A stretch of 63,868 nt of DNA, the filler included, from Cladosporium halotolerans (lineage: Eukaryota), in assembly GCF_011745625.1 (NCBI RefSeq). It is 4 parts of 4 records of this genome, joined end to end, with 100 filler letters (N's around TTAATTAATTAA, not from the genome) between each part and the next. Parts side by side here need not be neighbours in the genome. Positions count along the whole stretch, not along the records: positions 1 to 17,760 come from NW_027191553.1; positions 17,861 to 34,858 come from NW_027191554.1; 2 more parts are not named here. One strand, 5' to 3'. Of this stretch, positions 10,438 to 22,279 are shown piece after piece. A program made the translations under genes and the position numbers. Numbering within the stretch: the first letter of the stretch is position 1; each line of letters starts with the position of its first letter. Below the pieces are notes generated by a model that worked only from the letters and a program-made list of their open reading frames with translations, was not told where the DNA came from and made no database searches.

Positions 10438-13400
10438 TCACTCGACCCTCATGTCCGAAGAACGAGATAGTCTGCCAGTCTGATAAAGAAAACGGATGGA
10501 AGCTCTGACGACCTTCAGTTCCGGCTTCCAACTTTCGCGTGGGCCATCCACGAACTTGCCCGTCCTTGCGTCCTTACGACCGCTCCATCCTCCTAGCAAG
10601 TATGAAGCGTCCCCCCACCTGTCGCCTGCTGCTTCCCGCAACGCCTTGCGGGCCTCAGCATACCTCTCGCAGCGCAGCAGCACGTGTAGCACTGTCTCGT
10701 CGCCGCGTCCGCACTCGCATGCCGGACTGTATGCGAGCTTCTTCCTGAAAAGACAGGCGTTCAGCCCACAGTGCTCCGTCCGAGCCTGCACCAAGATGGA
10801 GGCCTCGTCGGAAGACAGCGCTCCGTAGAGGTGGAGCGTGTGCTTGCCCGACCAAGCCTTGTCCATCTTCCACGTGTAGTACTTCACGCAGACATCGTCC
10901 TCATTCGTATGCAGACCCTTGGCCCGCTCTGCCTTGACCAAGCGCAGCACTCCTGACAGCTCGCGCACCCTCTCGGCCGGGGCGGCTATGAGTTCGCTGC
11001 CGTTATCGATGACTGATCTTGCTGCCTGTTTTGCTTCAGCAACACCGCGGATACCTTTGTCACCAGGAACGAGAAAGACTGTCACTCGATGACCGACTCC
11101 CTCCATTTCAAGGACGGCATCCGCGATCTTGGGCACCACTTCTCTCCCGCATCCCACATTGTGCCCCTTCTCGATGGCTGACAGTGCCTCTCTACTCGTT
11201 GTTGCCACGTAGACATGCGCTGTCTTGCGTAGCGTGTCCCTTGCATGCTCGAGAGCGTACAGTATGGCAGTCAGCTCAGCGCTGACAAGTGAGCACGTCG
11301 AAGTCTCCGCGATCGCCTGTTGCTTGACCGCGCCAGTCGTCATACGATACTTGATGATTGCTGCTGCACCGATTTGCTCATCCTGTATCTCTGCGGCTGC
11401 ATAATACAGGTAGGCACCCCGGAAGCGAAGAGAGCGACACAGCTGTATCGCTTCGTCGGGCTCGATGTATAGGACTGACCCCTTCAGGGTCTGCCATGGC
11501 GGCATTACCCACGAGGGTCGTTCACTGATCCGTAAGCCCGTCTCTGGCTCCACTTGCGTCTCATACTTTTCGTAAACTGCCCTCAACGGACTAGGAAACG
11601 CCGAGCCTTGTCGTTGAAACCATGATATGCACCGCTGTATCGGGTGATCCAGAGGAAGTGCACATAATTTCGTCAGATGGTTTGAGACTCGTTCGTGTAG
11701 CCTGTCGGACACGGACTGTAGCTTTGCTTCGCTCTGCAAAACGAGCATCGCTACCGACTTGTATGCACGCAATATCAGTCTTGAGGCAAGCCGTTGCACC
11801 CGTTCGAGCGCGACTACATGCCTCTTGACACCTATGCGTGACGGCGCGTACCACACCGATGCAGCGTAGTCCGTCGGGGGCACCACAGCCGCCATGTACA
11901 TCTGACGCATCTGCGCTGGCCGGACACCGCGGATCTTTCGCAGTGCCATGCACTTACCGATCGCCTTCGCCACAGCCTTCGACACATGCTCGTTCATTGA
12001 CAGTCCGGAGTCGAGCGTGACACCCAAGATCTTCACGCTTCGCTTTGGCGTGATCGTCTTGTTGCCAAACACCAAGTGGTTCAATGGTCCTTGGTCTGGT
12101 TGCAGCGGCCGCACGAAATGGATGAAGGCCGTCTTCTCGGCTTCAAAGACCGCGCCACTTTCTCGTGCCCACTTCTCAGCCCGAGGTAGTAGCTGCGTCT
12201 GCAGCTTACGCGTATTCTCTGCCGCACTCGGCCCCGTCACCCATGCGTTGTAGTCGTCGATGAAGCCGATGGAGCCCTCGCTCTTGCTGATGCGGCCCTG
12301 TACAAGATTTGCGTTGTAGAAGACATAGAGTATCGGAGAAAGCGGCGACCCCTGAAGGATTCCCGCGTGCTCGATCTCCGAGATTGGCGACTCATAGTCA
12401 CCTACCACTACTGAAGCCTTCCGTCTGTTGCAAAAGCTCTCAATCCAGGCAACCAGGTCGCCGGGCACCCTTCGTTCCCGTAACCGCTCTGCCAGCACCG
12501 AAGGATGTACGCCGTTGAACGCGCCTTGCACGTCGAACGACACGAGCGACAAGGTTTTGTAAACCCGCCACGCTTCGTGTATCTTCTCAACCAGCAGGTT
12601 GAGCGCCTGTTCTGCCGACCTGTTAGGCCGCCCACCGAAGTGGTTCTCAGGCAGCAGTCTGTAGGTCTCGGCCAGGTAGGACAGCCTTCTCGCAACCACT
12701 GCCTCGAGTCCTTTGCCGATCGTCTCCAACAACGATATAGGTCTGTAGGCCTTCGGCTTCGAATAGTCAGGCTTATTCGGCTTGCGGAGCACAACGATCT
12801 TGGCCGTGCGCCAACGCTGCGGTACATGTTTCAGGTCAAGTGAGGCCTGATACAGTCTCACGACCACGTCGCCTAGCACCGGCCAGAGCTCCTTCCACAC
12901 ACGAAACGTGATCTCATCCAGACCAGGTGCCTTGTCGGACTTGGACTGCATGATCGCAGCTTCGACTTCTGCAAGTGTCAACTTCGAGAGTTTAATCCTC
13001 AGAGGCACCTTTTTGCCGGCATATTCGCGCGGTCTGCTGCCACTTCTTGTAACCAACCTTGGCTTCAGCGAAGTGCCGTCTCGGTCCGCCGGTTCCGGAG
13101 GCACAGGGAAGAATGATGTGAGAAGAAGGTCGGCCTTCTCTCTGTCGTCCGTCACTTCTATGTCCCCCACCTTCAGCACAGGTATGCCGTGGCTTGCGCG
13201 GCTGGTCTTCGTGTATGCGTAGGCCTTCCATATGTTTTCGCGGTTGTCGAGAAACTCGACCCAGTGCTCCCTTTTGCATTGCTCGATTTTGTCCATGTAT
13301 ATACGTCGGATCAGCTTGACGCTCGTGGCGGCTTCCGCGACGTCCTCACCTCTACGTCTGACCGCGGTTAGATGATTCCGCGCTGCGCTCAATGAAAGCC

Positions 13401-14412
13401 GTAGCGTCGTCAGCTTGTCGGTCCACCATCTCTTGGCGTACGGCGACGGTCGCGCCCTTGCAACACGCTCTTCCAAGACCCCGTTGACGATCGCCTCTAG
13501 ACTGTCCACGGCCACCTCCAATTCATCCTTGGTGGACAACACATGTAGACTGGAGTCATCCGCGATCCTTGTCGATACTTCCTCGCGTACCTTCTTCCAA
13601 TCCGCTTTGTCGTACATTCTTCTCCGCCGCTTCTCCTGATGTTCTGTCGTGTCCAATACAAAATGAGCGCGAACAGCTTTGTGGTCAGATCCGTGATCGT
13701 TCTGGTGAATGCCGCAGTGCTCACACGCCTCGCTTAAGCCACTACTCGCGAGCAAGATATCTATCGTGGAACAGGTAGATCCGTTGTAGTGCTCCCAGGT
13801 CACTGTACCTGACGGAAGCAGTGAGGTGAGTGCATTCTCTTGCATGAAGTCGATGATAGCTTCGGCCTCGTCGGTACGACCGGCCTCTCCAAATGCCTGA
13901 GCACCACCCCACAGTTCATGGTGGCGGTTGAAGTCAGCGCACAATAGCAAGTCGACATGACTACTCTTTCCATCACTCTTCACCCCATCGTATGCATCTT
14001 TGATGGTCTGCAACTTGGATCGGAGCTGCTCTTCATTTGCCGCTTGGCCATCAGTGGACTTCACATCGTAGGCAGAGACTATCAGTGCGGCGCCGTGCTT
14101 TGTGGGAATCGTCGCCGCCACCACATCGCTGGAAGGTACAGCGACCTGTTGTGCGGCGTGTCTTTTGTTCACCCACACGGCTGTCCGGTATGCATACCGC
14201 GCCTCTCCTTCCTGTTTCGTACTTGGCTTGAACAACTGCCAGTTTCGCTCGACTGGAAACGCCGGCTCGCCAGTATCCAGATCTTCATAGATATACGGTT
14301 CAACCACTGAGAGAGCGTCAAAATCTGCCAAGCTCTCGTCGCAGAACAAACTCCAGTGCGCCGTCTTTCGCTTGCCAATGTTCACATGCAGCACCTTGAA
14401 CTCTCCTAGCAT
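10438..14412 (-). CDS. LINE ORF2: AP endonuclease - reverse transcriptase - RNase H-like - CCHC
   Basis: ADFNRHH, STID and SDH (APE); KAPGLD, YRPISLL, DVQGAF, GILQGSPLSP and FIDD (RT); SAELTAI (RNase H-like); CECG...ETVLHVLLRC. Confidence 0.96.
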   Translation of the reverse strand: MLGEFKVLHVNIGKRKTAHWSLFCDESLADFDALSVVEPYIYEDLDTGEPAFPVERNWQLFKPSTKQEGEARYAYRTAVWVNKRHAAQQVAVPSSDVVAATIPTKHGAALIVSAYDVKSTDGQAANEEQLRSKLQTIKDAYDGVKSDGKSSHVDLLLCADFNRHHELWGGAQAFGEAGRTDEAEAIIDFMQENALTSLLPSGTVTWEHYNGSTCSTIDILLASSGLSEACEHCGIHQNDHGSDHKAVRAHFVLDTTEHQEKRRRRMYDKADWKKVREEVSTRIADDSSLHVLSTKDELEVAVDSLEAIVNGVLEERVARARPSPYAKRWWTDKLTTLRLSLSAARNHLTAVRRRGEDVAEAATSVKLIRRIYMDKIEQCKREHWVEFLDNRENIWKAYAYTKTSRASHGIPVLKVGDIEVTDDREKADLLLTSFFPVPPEPADRDGTSLKPRLVTRSGSRPREYAGKKVPLRIKLSKLTLAEVEAAIMQSKSDKAPGLDEITFRVWKELWPVLGDVVVRLYQASLDLKHVPQRWRTAKIVVLRKPNKPDYSKPKAYRPISLLETIGKGLEAVVARRLSYLAETYRLLPENHFGGRPNRSAEQALNLLVEKIHEAWRVYKTLSLVSFDVQGAFNGVHPSVLAERLRERRVPGDLVAWIESFCNRRKASVVVGDYESPISEIEHAGILQGSPLSPILYVFYNANLVQGRISKSEGSIGFIDDYNAWVTGPSAAENTRKLQTQLLPRAEKWARESGAVFEAEKTAFIHFVRPLQPDQGPLNHLVFGNKTITPKRSVKILGVTLDSGLSMNEHVSKAVAKAIGKCMALRKIRGVRPAQMRQMYMAAVVPPTDYAASVWYAPSRIGVKRHVVALERVQRLASRLILRAYKSVAMLVLQSEAKLQSVSDRLHERVSNHLTKLCALPLDHPIQRCISWFQRQGSAFPSPLRAVYEKYETQVEPETGLRISERPSWVMPPWQTLKGSVLYIEPDEAIQLCRSLRFRGAYLYYAAAEIQDEQIGAAAIIKYRMTTGAVKQQAIAETSTCSLVSAELTAILYALEHARDTLRKTAHVYVATTSREALSAIEKGHNVGCGREVVPKIADAVLEMEGVGHRVTVFLVPGDKGIRGVAEAKQAARSVIDNGSELIAAPAERVRELSGVLRLVKAERAKGLHTNEDDVCVKYYTWKMDKAWSGKHTLHLYGALSSDEASILVQARTEHCGLNACLFRKKLAYSPACECGRGDETVLHVLLRCERYAEARKALREAAGDRWGDASYLLGGWSGRKDARTGKFVDGPRESWKPELKVVRASIRFLYQTGRLSRSSDMRVE

Positions 14413-15956
14413 GAGGTGGTGCTGGGTGTGTTCGACGTGCTCGCCGTGCTCGCGACCTGTGCCCCACCGCTGGCACTCGATGCATTAGTCGGGCTTGCCT
14501 GCGTACTACCATACATGTCGACATCCATGGCAGCGCTGCGCTGCTCCTGCCTCGCCTTAGCCTTGTGTTGTCCGATGTGTCGGTAGTGCTGCGGATGCAG
14601 CTTACATGCCCAGTCGAACACCGTGTGTGCATCGCCGCACGCCGGACACTTCGGGTTGTCTTTGTTCGGGCAATCATCCCGGCGGTGACCCTTCGAGCAG
14701 ATGGCACATCTGATCTGGCTGGTGCACGACGCCTGCTTGTGCCCGTACCTGTTGCAGTGGTAGCACGGACCGCTGTTGTCCCTGACGATGAAAGGTGAGC
14801 AGAATGCGTCCGTCGCGCCGAACATAGCCGTGCCTGTACGCAACAAATATTCTGCGTCGATCTTGCTCTTCAGCCAGACTACCATCGATCCTACCTTCTT
14901 CTTTGCATCGACCTTACTGAGCCAGGTGGCCTTCATCACTGTGCAGTCCGCCGTTTCACAGCCATTATCTGCCTTGAAGTCTTTCGCAAAGCCCTTATTC
15001 AGCGTCTTGCCGTCATTTACATCCTGGTCCAGTACACATTGCTTCACGACACTATCGAACTTCACCGGATACCACTGCTCGCCTTTGACGCGTGCCCCGG
15101 TCAGGCTCGATGTCAGCCAGCGAGTGTGCTGCTTCGCTTTGTTGGCTTCGTCTTTGTCGGCAAACACCACATCGATTCTGTCGCCCGGGCCAGGTCGCAC
15201 ACACTTGATCGTTAGCTTTTCTGTGACCTTGTTGACTTTGAGTCCGTCACGTAGGCCATCTCTGATACCATTGTAGTTGTTCTTTGCGCCCTTGAACCTG
15301 CCCATGTCGATAGACACGGCTCGCTCGTCTTGAATCTGTGGCTTCTCTTTGCGGGCTTGTGAACTGCCCGCAGACGTGGGCCTGGATTCGGAGGTCTGCG
15401 AGCCCATGGACGTGCCACCGCTTGCGGCGACCTCGCTGTACGTCTGTTGGCTCGTGTTTCCTTGGATCAGTGCCCGCAAGGCCTTGATCTCCTCGCCCTG
15501 GGTCTTGATCGTCTCCATCAGCTCCTTGTTGCGATCCAGAATCGCCTTGTTGCTTTCCAAGAACGCCTTCTGGCTCTCGGTCATCTCTTTCTGGGCTGCC
15601 ATCAGTTGCTCGATGGTTGCCGCCATCGCCGTCAGCTTGTCGTTGACGCTGTCCTCAGCCTTTCTTTTGCGTGCCGCCGTGGCGGCAGCCTCGAAGCCGG
15701 GCGCAGCTTGCTGCGAGCCCTCGTCTCCCTCCAACACACTCGGTCTGACCCTCATCATCGTCCTCTTCACCCCTACTGCCCTCGCCTTGCCTCTCGTCAC
15801 CATTTGCCACTCCGCACCCCCTCCGCCCTCCGACCCCGCATCAGCTGCGGCGCCGGCGGCGACAGCGGGCGTTGAGCTTTGAGCTCCCACATCTTCCCCG
15901 CGTCGACTACCACCTCCCCCAACAGCAGCAACATCGTTTTGAGTGATTTCATCCAT
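14406..15956 (-). CDS. LINE ORF1 (gag-like nucleic-acid-binding protein)
   Basis: Coiled-coil region plus three Cys/His knuckles: CYHCNRYGHKQASC, CAICSKGHRRDDC, CPACGDAH...C. Confidence 0.92.
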   Translation of the reverse strand: MDEITQNDVAAVGGGGSRRGEDVGAQSSTPAVAAGAAADAGSEGGGGAEWQMVTRGKARAVGVKRTMMRVRPSVLEGDEGSQQAAPGFEAAATAARKRKAEDSVNDKLTAMAATIEQLMAAQKEMTESQKAFLESNKAILDRNKELMETIKTQGEEIKALRALIQGNTSQQTYSEVAASGGTSMGSQTSESRPTSAGSSQARKEKPQIQDERAVSIDMGRFKGAKNNYNGIRDGLRDGLKVNKVTEKLTIKCVRPGPGDRIDVVFADKDEANKAKQHTRWLTSSLTGARVKGEQWYPVKFDSVVKQCVLDQDVNDGKTLNKGFAKDFKADNGCETADCTVMKATWLSKVDAKKKVGSMVVWLKSKIDAEYLLRTGTAMFGATDAFCSPFIVRDNSGPCYHCNRYGHKQASCTSQIRCAICSKGHRRDDCPNKDNPKCPACGDAHTVFDWACKLHPQHYRHIGQHKAKARQEQRSAAMDVDMYGSTQASPTNASSASGGAQVASTASTSNTPSTTSC

Positions 15957-16184
15957 TTCGTCCTTCGATCCCGCGAATCGCAGTTTCCCGTGTCAAGAAT
16001 TTCTGACCGACTTCCCCACCTGACCGACTACCCCGCCGTTTACGTTACCTTCAAGGCTTGATAGTATAATTATCAGAGTTGAAAGGGAATGTTATCAGTA
16101 CCTCAATGCTATCTGAAGTGTGGTCTCACCACTTCGCGACCCTTTAGAATTTGGGTTTTTGCTCCTTATAGATCCCGACATATT

Positions 16185-16286
16185 CATGTGGAAGTTGGAT
16201 TTCATTTTCGAGCTAATGGATTCAACTGAATTTGGCGAACGTCTATCCAATCCGTCCGATATCGATCCGATTCAATAACATCACTG
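16185..16286 (-). mobile_element. Isolated hAT-like terminus
   Basis: Revcomp starts CAGTGATGTTATTGAATCGGATCG with repeated GGAT/ATCC motifs. Partner end not found. Confidence 0.35.
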
Positions 16287-16314
16287 AACGTGACCATTTA
16301 GCATTCATCGCGAT

Positions 16315-17326
16315 CTAGTACAGGCGAGGAAAAAGCATTTCGCCTGTACCTGCGTCCAAGCGTTGCTTATCGTTCCGACTTATCTCTGCACTTCCGTCGA
16401 GCTGTTCCGTGAAATGGCGGACCGCGGACACAGGCGCGTTCGGAAAATCGCTTCCAAACAGTATGTGACCGGGTTGTGCGATCCTCTGGATTACTAACAG
16501 CTGCTCTGGGGCGCTACTTAGCGCGGTATCGAAGAAGAAGGAGCCGATCTCTGCACGAATTTGCTCGGCACTTTATTGCCAAACGGTGACGATGGCTGCA
16601 ATCCAGCGACCCTCCCAACGAGCATGCCTAGGGTTCCCCCTCCATGCGAGAGGATGATCTTGCAATTATGAGCATGTCTGCGCAAGGTGTCTGTCATGAC
16701 AAGGTCCATGGCAGTGCGTGCTGTCTCGTGAGGATAGTCCAGCATAGGTTGTGGCAGCGACGCGTGAACCAGGGCTATATCCACGGGATGCGTCGGGTGT
16801 ACGAAGACAACAGCTTTACGGGCATTCAGCTCTTGCCAGACTGGGTTGAAGTCTTGATGTCCCAGGTATTGGTTGTCCGACCCGTACCGCGTCATGAGGA
16901 TGACACCGTCCGCACGCAACTCGTCTAGAGCGTAGCGTATCTCGGCAATGCATCGCTCAGTGTCGAGCAAGGACGGTACACTTGCAAAGAAACCATACTT
17001 CTCGGGATGTTCGTCTCGCACTTTTGCCGAGAACTCGTTCATTGCTCGCGCAAGCGACGCAGCCTCGATAGAATCCTTCTTGACTTCAGGGCCGGGTGCA
17101 GTGTGGCTCAGGATGGCGGTGCGAATGCCTAAGCTCTTACACAACTCTTGGTCTGCTTCGACGGTCCAGTCCGGGATATACCAGCCACATGGATCTCCGC
17201 CAGCGTCCTGTAGCGCTGGTACACATCGTTAGCAACAGTGAGATATGGTAGTCAAGAGGCTGGATTACCCTTACCTTTCGTGAACGCGGGTGAGTACAGA
17301 TGATGATGGACATCGAGTTTGGACAT
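16315..17326 (-). pseudogene. Amidohydrolase_2 family aromatic-acid decarboxylase (6-methylsalicylate/orsellinate decarboxylase-like) with one frameshift
   Basis: MSKLDVHHH, intron 17216-17274, then [13 protein letters not shown]...VFVHPT...ILSHGGG. The C-terminus FFFDTALS...ILFGSDFP...LFPRLY* lies in another frame after ~16565. Confidence 0.85.
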
Positions 17327-17760
17327 TGTCTAGTTGCTCAAGCACCGAGATCAATTCTGAAGTCTCTGGTAGGACATACAAAGGCGACGACCGATGCTAT
17401 AATGTTACCTCCTACTGAGATTGTAGCAGGGCTCAGTGGCGGGCTCGCGCACATCGCGAACCCGACGACAAGCATTCCAAAGGCCTTGCCAACGGACCGC
17501 GTCGGTGTTAGGTGAAATCTTTGTCTATCTCCGTAAGCAGGTGACCATCAGCCACGAACAATGTTCGAGGTCAGCCCGAAAGTCCGAAATCAGAATGCGG
17601 GAGATCTTCGGTCGAATTGTCTGAAATCGCATGACAGGGCTCAGCCATCGCTTAAAGCACTAGAAGTCTTCCCTGGTCAGTGCACATCCCCGCTAGATGC
17701 ACGCTCCTCAAGTGCTGTCACTTTGTTCTCCTCGAGCATATAACACAACCCACATGCAAT

Positions 17761-17860
17761 NNNNNNNNNNNNNNNNNNNNNNNNNNNNNNNNNNNNNNNN
17801 NNNNTTAATTAATTAANNNNNNNNNNNNNNNNNNNNNNNNNNNNNNNNNNNNNNNNNNNN
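17761..17860. other. Artificial contig linker
   Basis: 44 N + TTAATTAATTAA (stops in all six frames) + 44 N. Confidence 0.97.
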
Positions 17861-18899
17861 CTTTCGCTGGCAAATTCAATATCCGAAACCGCAGCCTCCT
17901 TTGTAGCTTCGATAACTTGACAGTACTCTGCTAGAGCCTCAGGAGAAAGCCGGATACGACCTCTGCGTCTATTTGCCATTAGTGAGCTTCTCGATTGTTG
18001 CCATGACGGTCTTGACGAACCGCGCATCGTCGACAACTCCTATGAACAAGGTGGATGTCTGCATCTGGATGAATGCTGCTATCCCGGATACAGTCCCTCC
18101 ATCGGGTTGTAGTATAGTCCAGTCAACTGCATGGACGTCCGTAATGGCATCAATGCTCTGCTTGGCCCGTTGGGAGTATTTTCTCATGTGGTCCAGGACA
18201 TTCATCACCGATTGCAAGCTCTGTGAGCCCAGATGTTCTTGGTGCTGTCCAAGGTGATCACATAGAGAAGCGGTCGCCCGAAGTTGCAGGCCGAGACTGC
18301 TTTCACTCAATTGCGAGACAGCTTCGACAACGGATTGCAGGCTCGTGATCGATTTTGATGTCGACTGAACAACATGAGACATGATTTGATCGTCTATGTG
18401 AGACAGAGCTTAATGGAAGGAATAGGCGGGGCCGGCCACCCTGAGGAACGAGATTGATTTAAGATGAAACTGGGCTTCTCGAGATTGAAGTAATTTGTTT
18501 TTGGGCGGAAGCAAAAGACAACAAGGCCGGTGGATGTGCAATCGAGCTAGGCAAGAGACAGGACACCCCTGACCTACGAGCGCTCTGAGACCAGTACGCT
18601 GGCGATGGAACCGACTTGCGCCCCGCTGCGGTTAGAAGCCGCACGTGAAAGCGAGGGGACAGGCCACTGGTGCGGAAAACCTGTTAAGACACGGCCTTTG
18701 TGCTCCTTCTTTGGAGACAGACCACCGCCATGCGGATCTGTTAAGACACGAGCGTCGTGCCCATTTGAGGGACAGGGCCCCTCCGCGGCGGACTTGTCAA
18801 AACGCGAGAATAGGGTTGGTTAGTCGGGTAGGCAAAGAGGCTTCGCTGCTGGCTAGGGCGCTGCTTCGATCCCACACGGCGAGACATGGTCGGCCTTGA

Positions 18900-19525
18900 C
18901 GAGGGAGACCTCCCGAGGTAACGCGAAACGTCTTCGGCCGCTGTGCGTAGCACGCAATGGCGGGGACGGCTGAAACCATCTGCGTGGCTTGAAAGGACGG
19001 ATAAAGGACGGATGCGCATGTTGGTACACAAAGAGAAGGAAGCTGCTGGCCTGTTCGTACTGGGAGCCTTGTCCCTCATACAAGGTGGTACCGCCACTGG
19101 CAGAGCCTTACGTGCGTGCTTGAGGGGAAAACCTCAGGGTAAAGGCTGGCGCCTTGGAAGGTATGCGGGCTTAGGATAGTGGCCTCTATGATGGGGAAAT
19201 GCTTCGACTCTGTCGCAATTGAGGGTAATTCTACAGGAAGAGTTATTGGTAAGAATGTCGCGATTAGTGGAAGGGCAAGACAGCGCAGATGTGCAAACTC
19301 TGTTGGGAGCAGAGGACGTCCTCGACGTGCTTCATTTCCTCAAGATGAAAGTAGAAGGGCGCTCAGCCCTAGAGCTGTGGAGTCGGGATGGCGAATATAA
19401 CTGTGCGGTGAAGGACCGACTCCAGAGCACACACGAAAGCCGTGGAAATCGTCAAGAAGAGATCCGATGTGCCATACGCTATTTAGCTTGAATGCAGTAT
19501 GAAACAAGGAAACGTAAAAAGGGAA
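18900..19525 (+). mobile_element. Degenerate, internally deleted LINE (family B) including its 3' end
   Basis: DSADVQTLLGAEDVLDVLHFL parallels SDRADLQTLFRTEGAAQVLHFL at ~28880. GTGCCATACGCTATTTAGCTTGAATGCAGTATGAAA plus an A-rich tail matches 29235-29290. Confidence 0.6.
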
Positions 19526-20761
19526 GGGGAGGGGGGGACCTTGAAAACGCGAGCATCCAATGCGGCAGAAGAGCAAGAGCAACGCACACGACAAGGATTG
19601 CACGCTCGCAAAGGTGGATGGCAAAGGACGACAATGGAAGTCGAGCAACCTTTTTGAGAAGGAGGAGAAAGTGGAGTTGATGGGTTTCAAGAGGCGATGC
19701 GTCTAGTCATTCCGCTCATGCCACTTCAAAACTATTGCGATCGAAGAACTGCAGTCATCAAAGATAGAAGCAACAGGATTCAAAATCCAGATCCGCAGGT
19801 ACTTGATGATTGCGCTAAGCTGAGGTCACTGTTGGCCCACCACAGTATCAGAAAGCTCAGCAATGGTCCATCACGGCGCTATCCTCGATTACCGTGTCTA
19901 CCTCAAGCGGATGCTTGATTTATTTACCCTTATACGCGTTGCGGGACGGGAATTCTTTCCAAGTATTGTCGTCATGGGCATGGATGGAAGTGATCCGAGT
20001 TCCTTGCGAAGTGTGATAACTGACTGTAATGACATCCTTGTCATCGCTATCGTCTTTGTGTGACTTGTGTGGCTTATTGCCTCTAAAAAACTGACATTAG
20101 CCAAATATGAAATCATTTGTCAAGAAAATGAGTTTATGGTCACATTGGCATACTGTATCTTTCCTTCAGCCAGTTTTGAATACTGTATCATACAGTCAAT
20201 ACGTCTAAATCGGCTATATGAGTATCGAATTGCGTCTAAGTTACCTTTGTTTCCAATGTCGTTTCCGCGGCCTTGAGTGTCGCCTGAAATGATGCAGGAA
20301 GGTCTGCAAGCTTGGTACTCCCGCCATACTTGATCAAGATGGTATTGGTACGTTGCATCGTGGTCAAATATGGGCGAGTGACCGGGGAAAAAATAAATTA
20401 AGGTCTAAGCACGGAAATGCGTTGTCTCAATTAAAGTTGACCCAAATGTTACGAAGAACAAACACCGTGATGGGTCAGGCGCAGCATACTTTTACCTTCC
20501 GCGATGCGTTGCCGATACATCGCCTGCAGATATTATGCATAAGTAAGCGCCCATGTCTTATAAGAGTGGTCAGCTTTTCTTGGTTGACTGTCGATATTAC
20601 CTCCCCGCTGGACCAGTTATTTATGCCGCTCGCTTGGCTGCCGCGCGCTTACTGGATATGTGGGGAATGCGCCCGTGCACATTCGCGAACCACACGTCCC
20701 TAGAAGCGCCGGTCTTACTCAAGCATCTTTAGCACCACCACTCAGTCAACACAATCTCGCA

Positions 20762-22279
20762 ATGAGCTTGTTTTATCCTCGCGCTATCGCAAGGCATCTC
20801 CGAAGGCCTATGGACATTATCTCTCCCCATTGCAGAAACCTTCGTCCGCCTCCACCCGGCCGACACGTGTCAGGCATGAACAGCTCCTCCAAAGCACCTG
20901 CTAGTTGCCCAACCGCTCTCCAAAATGCTTTGTTCGATGTGCTTCCAATACACTCTCTGGTTGAGGAAGAGACTGTTCCAAATTATGATCCAACAAAATT
21001 CTTTCCAATCCACCTCGGCGCTGTTCTCCGATCGCGATATCGTGTCGTCGCAAAGCTTGGCTTCGGCACTTCTTCCACGGTCTGGCTTTGTAGGGATGAA
21101 AAGTAAGCGCCTGACAAGGCCGACGGATGAAAATTATACTAATTGCTACTGTGTTGAGTGCAGGAACTCCAAGCTGGCAGCCCTCAAAGTTTGCACCTAC
21201 GATGGGACGACCACGCAAGAGTCTGCCATCTCTCATCACATTAACTCAATTGAAGCAGATCATCCCGGCAAGCAGCGCCTTCGAGTGGCCATAGACGAAT
21301 TTTATCTCAGCCATGAGTCACATAAACACCAGTGTTTGGTCTTTGCGCCCCTTGGTCTCACTTACACGCATTTTCGAAATGCGTTCCCCTCGAAAAGATT
21401 GAATAAAGACATACTGAAACAGAGCTTGCTTATGATTCTCATGGGCCTTGACTTTTTGCACCAAGCCGGAGTGGTTCACACTGGTAAGGCTCAAGAACGT
21501 GTACAATCTCGTCGACGTACTAAGAATCGGTCAGATCTTTCTCCCAACAACATCCTTCTGGGCGCCGAGAACGAAGACGCATTCATTCAAATTGAAACAC
21601 TAGAACACAATAGTCCCCTGCCACGAAAGCTACTGGAGGACCGCGTGATCTACACTTCTCACGAGATGCCGCTCACATACGGTGCGCCCGTCATATCCGA
21701 TTTTGGCGCTGCCCGCCTAGGAGAGCCAGGCCAGAAACACTCTGGTGACGTTATGCCTGGCGTTTACAGGGCGCCAGAGATAATTTTTGGCATGCCATGG
21801 GATTCAAAAATCGATGTTTGGTCGGTCGGGCTGATGGTATGTAAGAGTACGTCGCGTCGCTTATCCATCCCGTTTGCTGACGTGAACAATCAGATTTGGG
21901 ATCTATTTGAGGGTGGACGCCTCTTCCGAGCCGTCAGAGACGGCAATCTCAATGATGAGCAACATCTCGCTGAGATGGTGTCGCTTCTAGGTCCTCCGCC
22001 TAAACGATTTCTTGAACGCAGCATAAAATGCCGACAATATTGGGATGTAGATGGTAATATAATCCATACAAGAGTTATCATGCAGGGCTAATGCGACGCT
22101 CAGGTAATTGGATTGCTTCAACGCCTATCCCCAACCAAACCCTCGAATCTCGGGAGACCCAACTCGCAGGTGAGGAGCATGCCTTTTTGATTACATTGGC
22201 AAGAAAGATGCTCTGTTGGCTCCCCGAGGAGCGCTCTTCTGCTGGGGAGCTTCTTGAAGACGACTTTTTGAATTCTTAA
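20762..22279 (+). CDS. SRPK-like (CMGC) serine/threonine protein kinase, 5 exons
   Basis: Exons ~20762-21102, 21164-21484, 21535-21836, 21894-22054 and 22105-22279 splice in frame. Motifs: [40 protein letters not shown]. Confidence 0.9.

Larger units (their letters stand above)
10310..16045 (-). mobile_element. Apparently full-length Tad1-clade LINE (family A), about 5.7 kb
   Basis: Uninterrupted ORF1 and ORF2 overlapping by 7 nt. 3' tail is (ATC)7 on the minus strand at 10310-10330. 5' boundary approximate. Confidence 0.93.

Noticed and set aside
17805..17816. TTAATTAATTAA as a biological motif (also at 34903 and 51701)
   Set aside because: It is centred in identical N runs and is a six-frame-stop assembly spacer.
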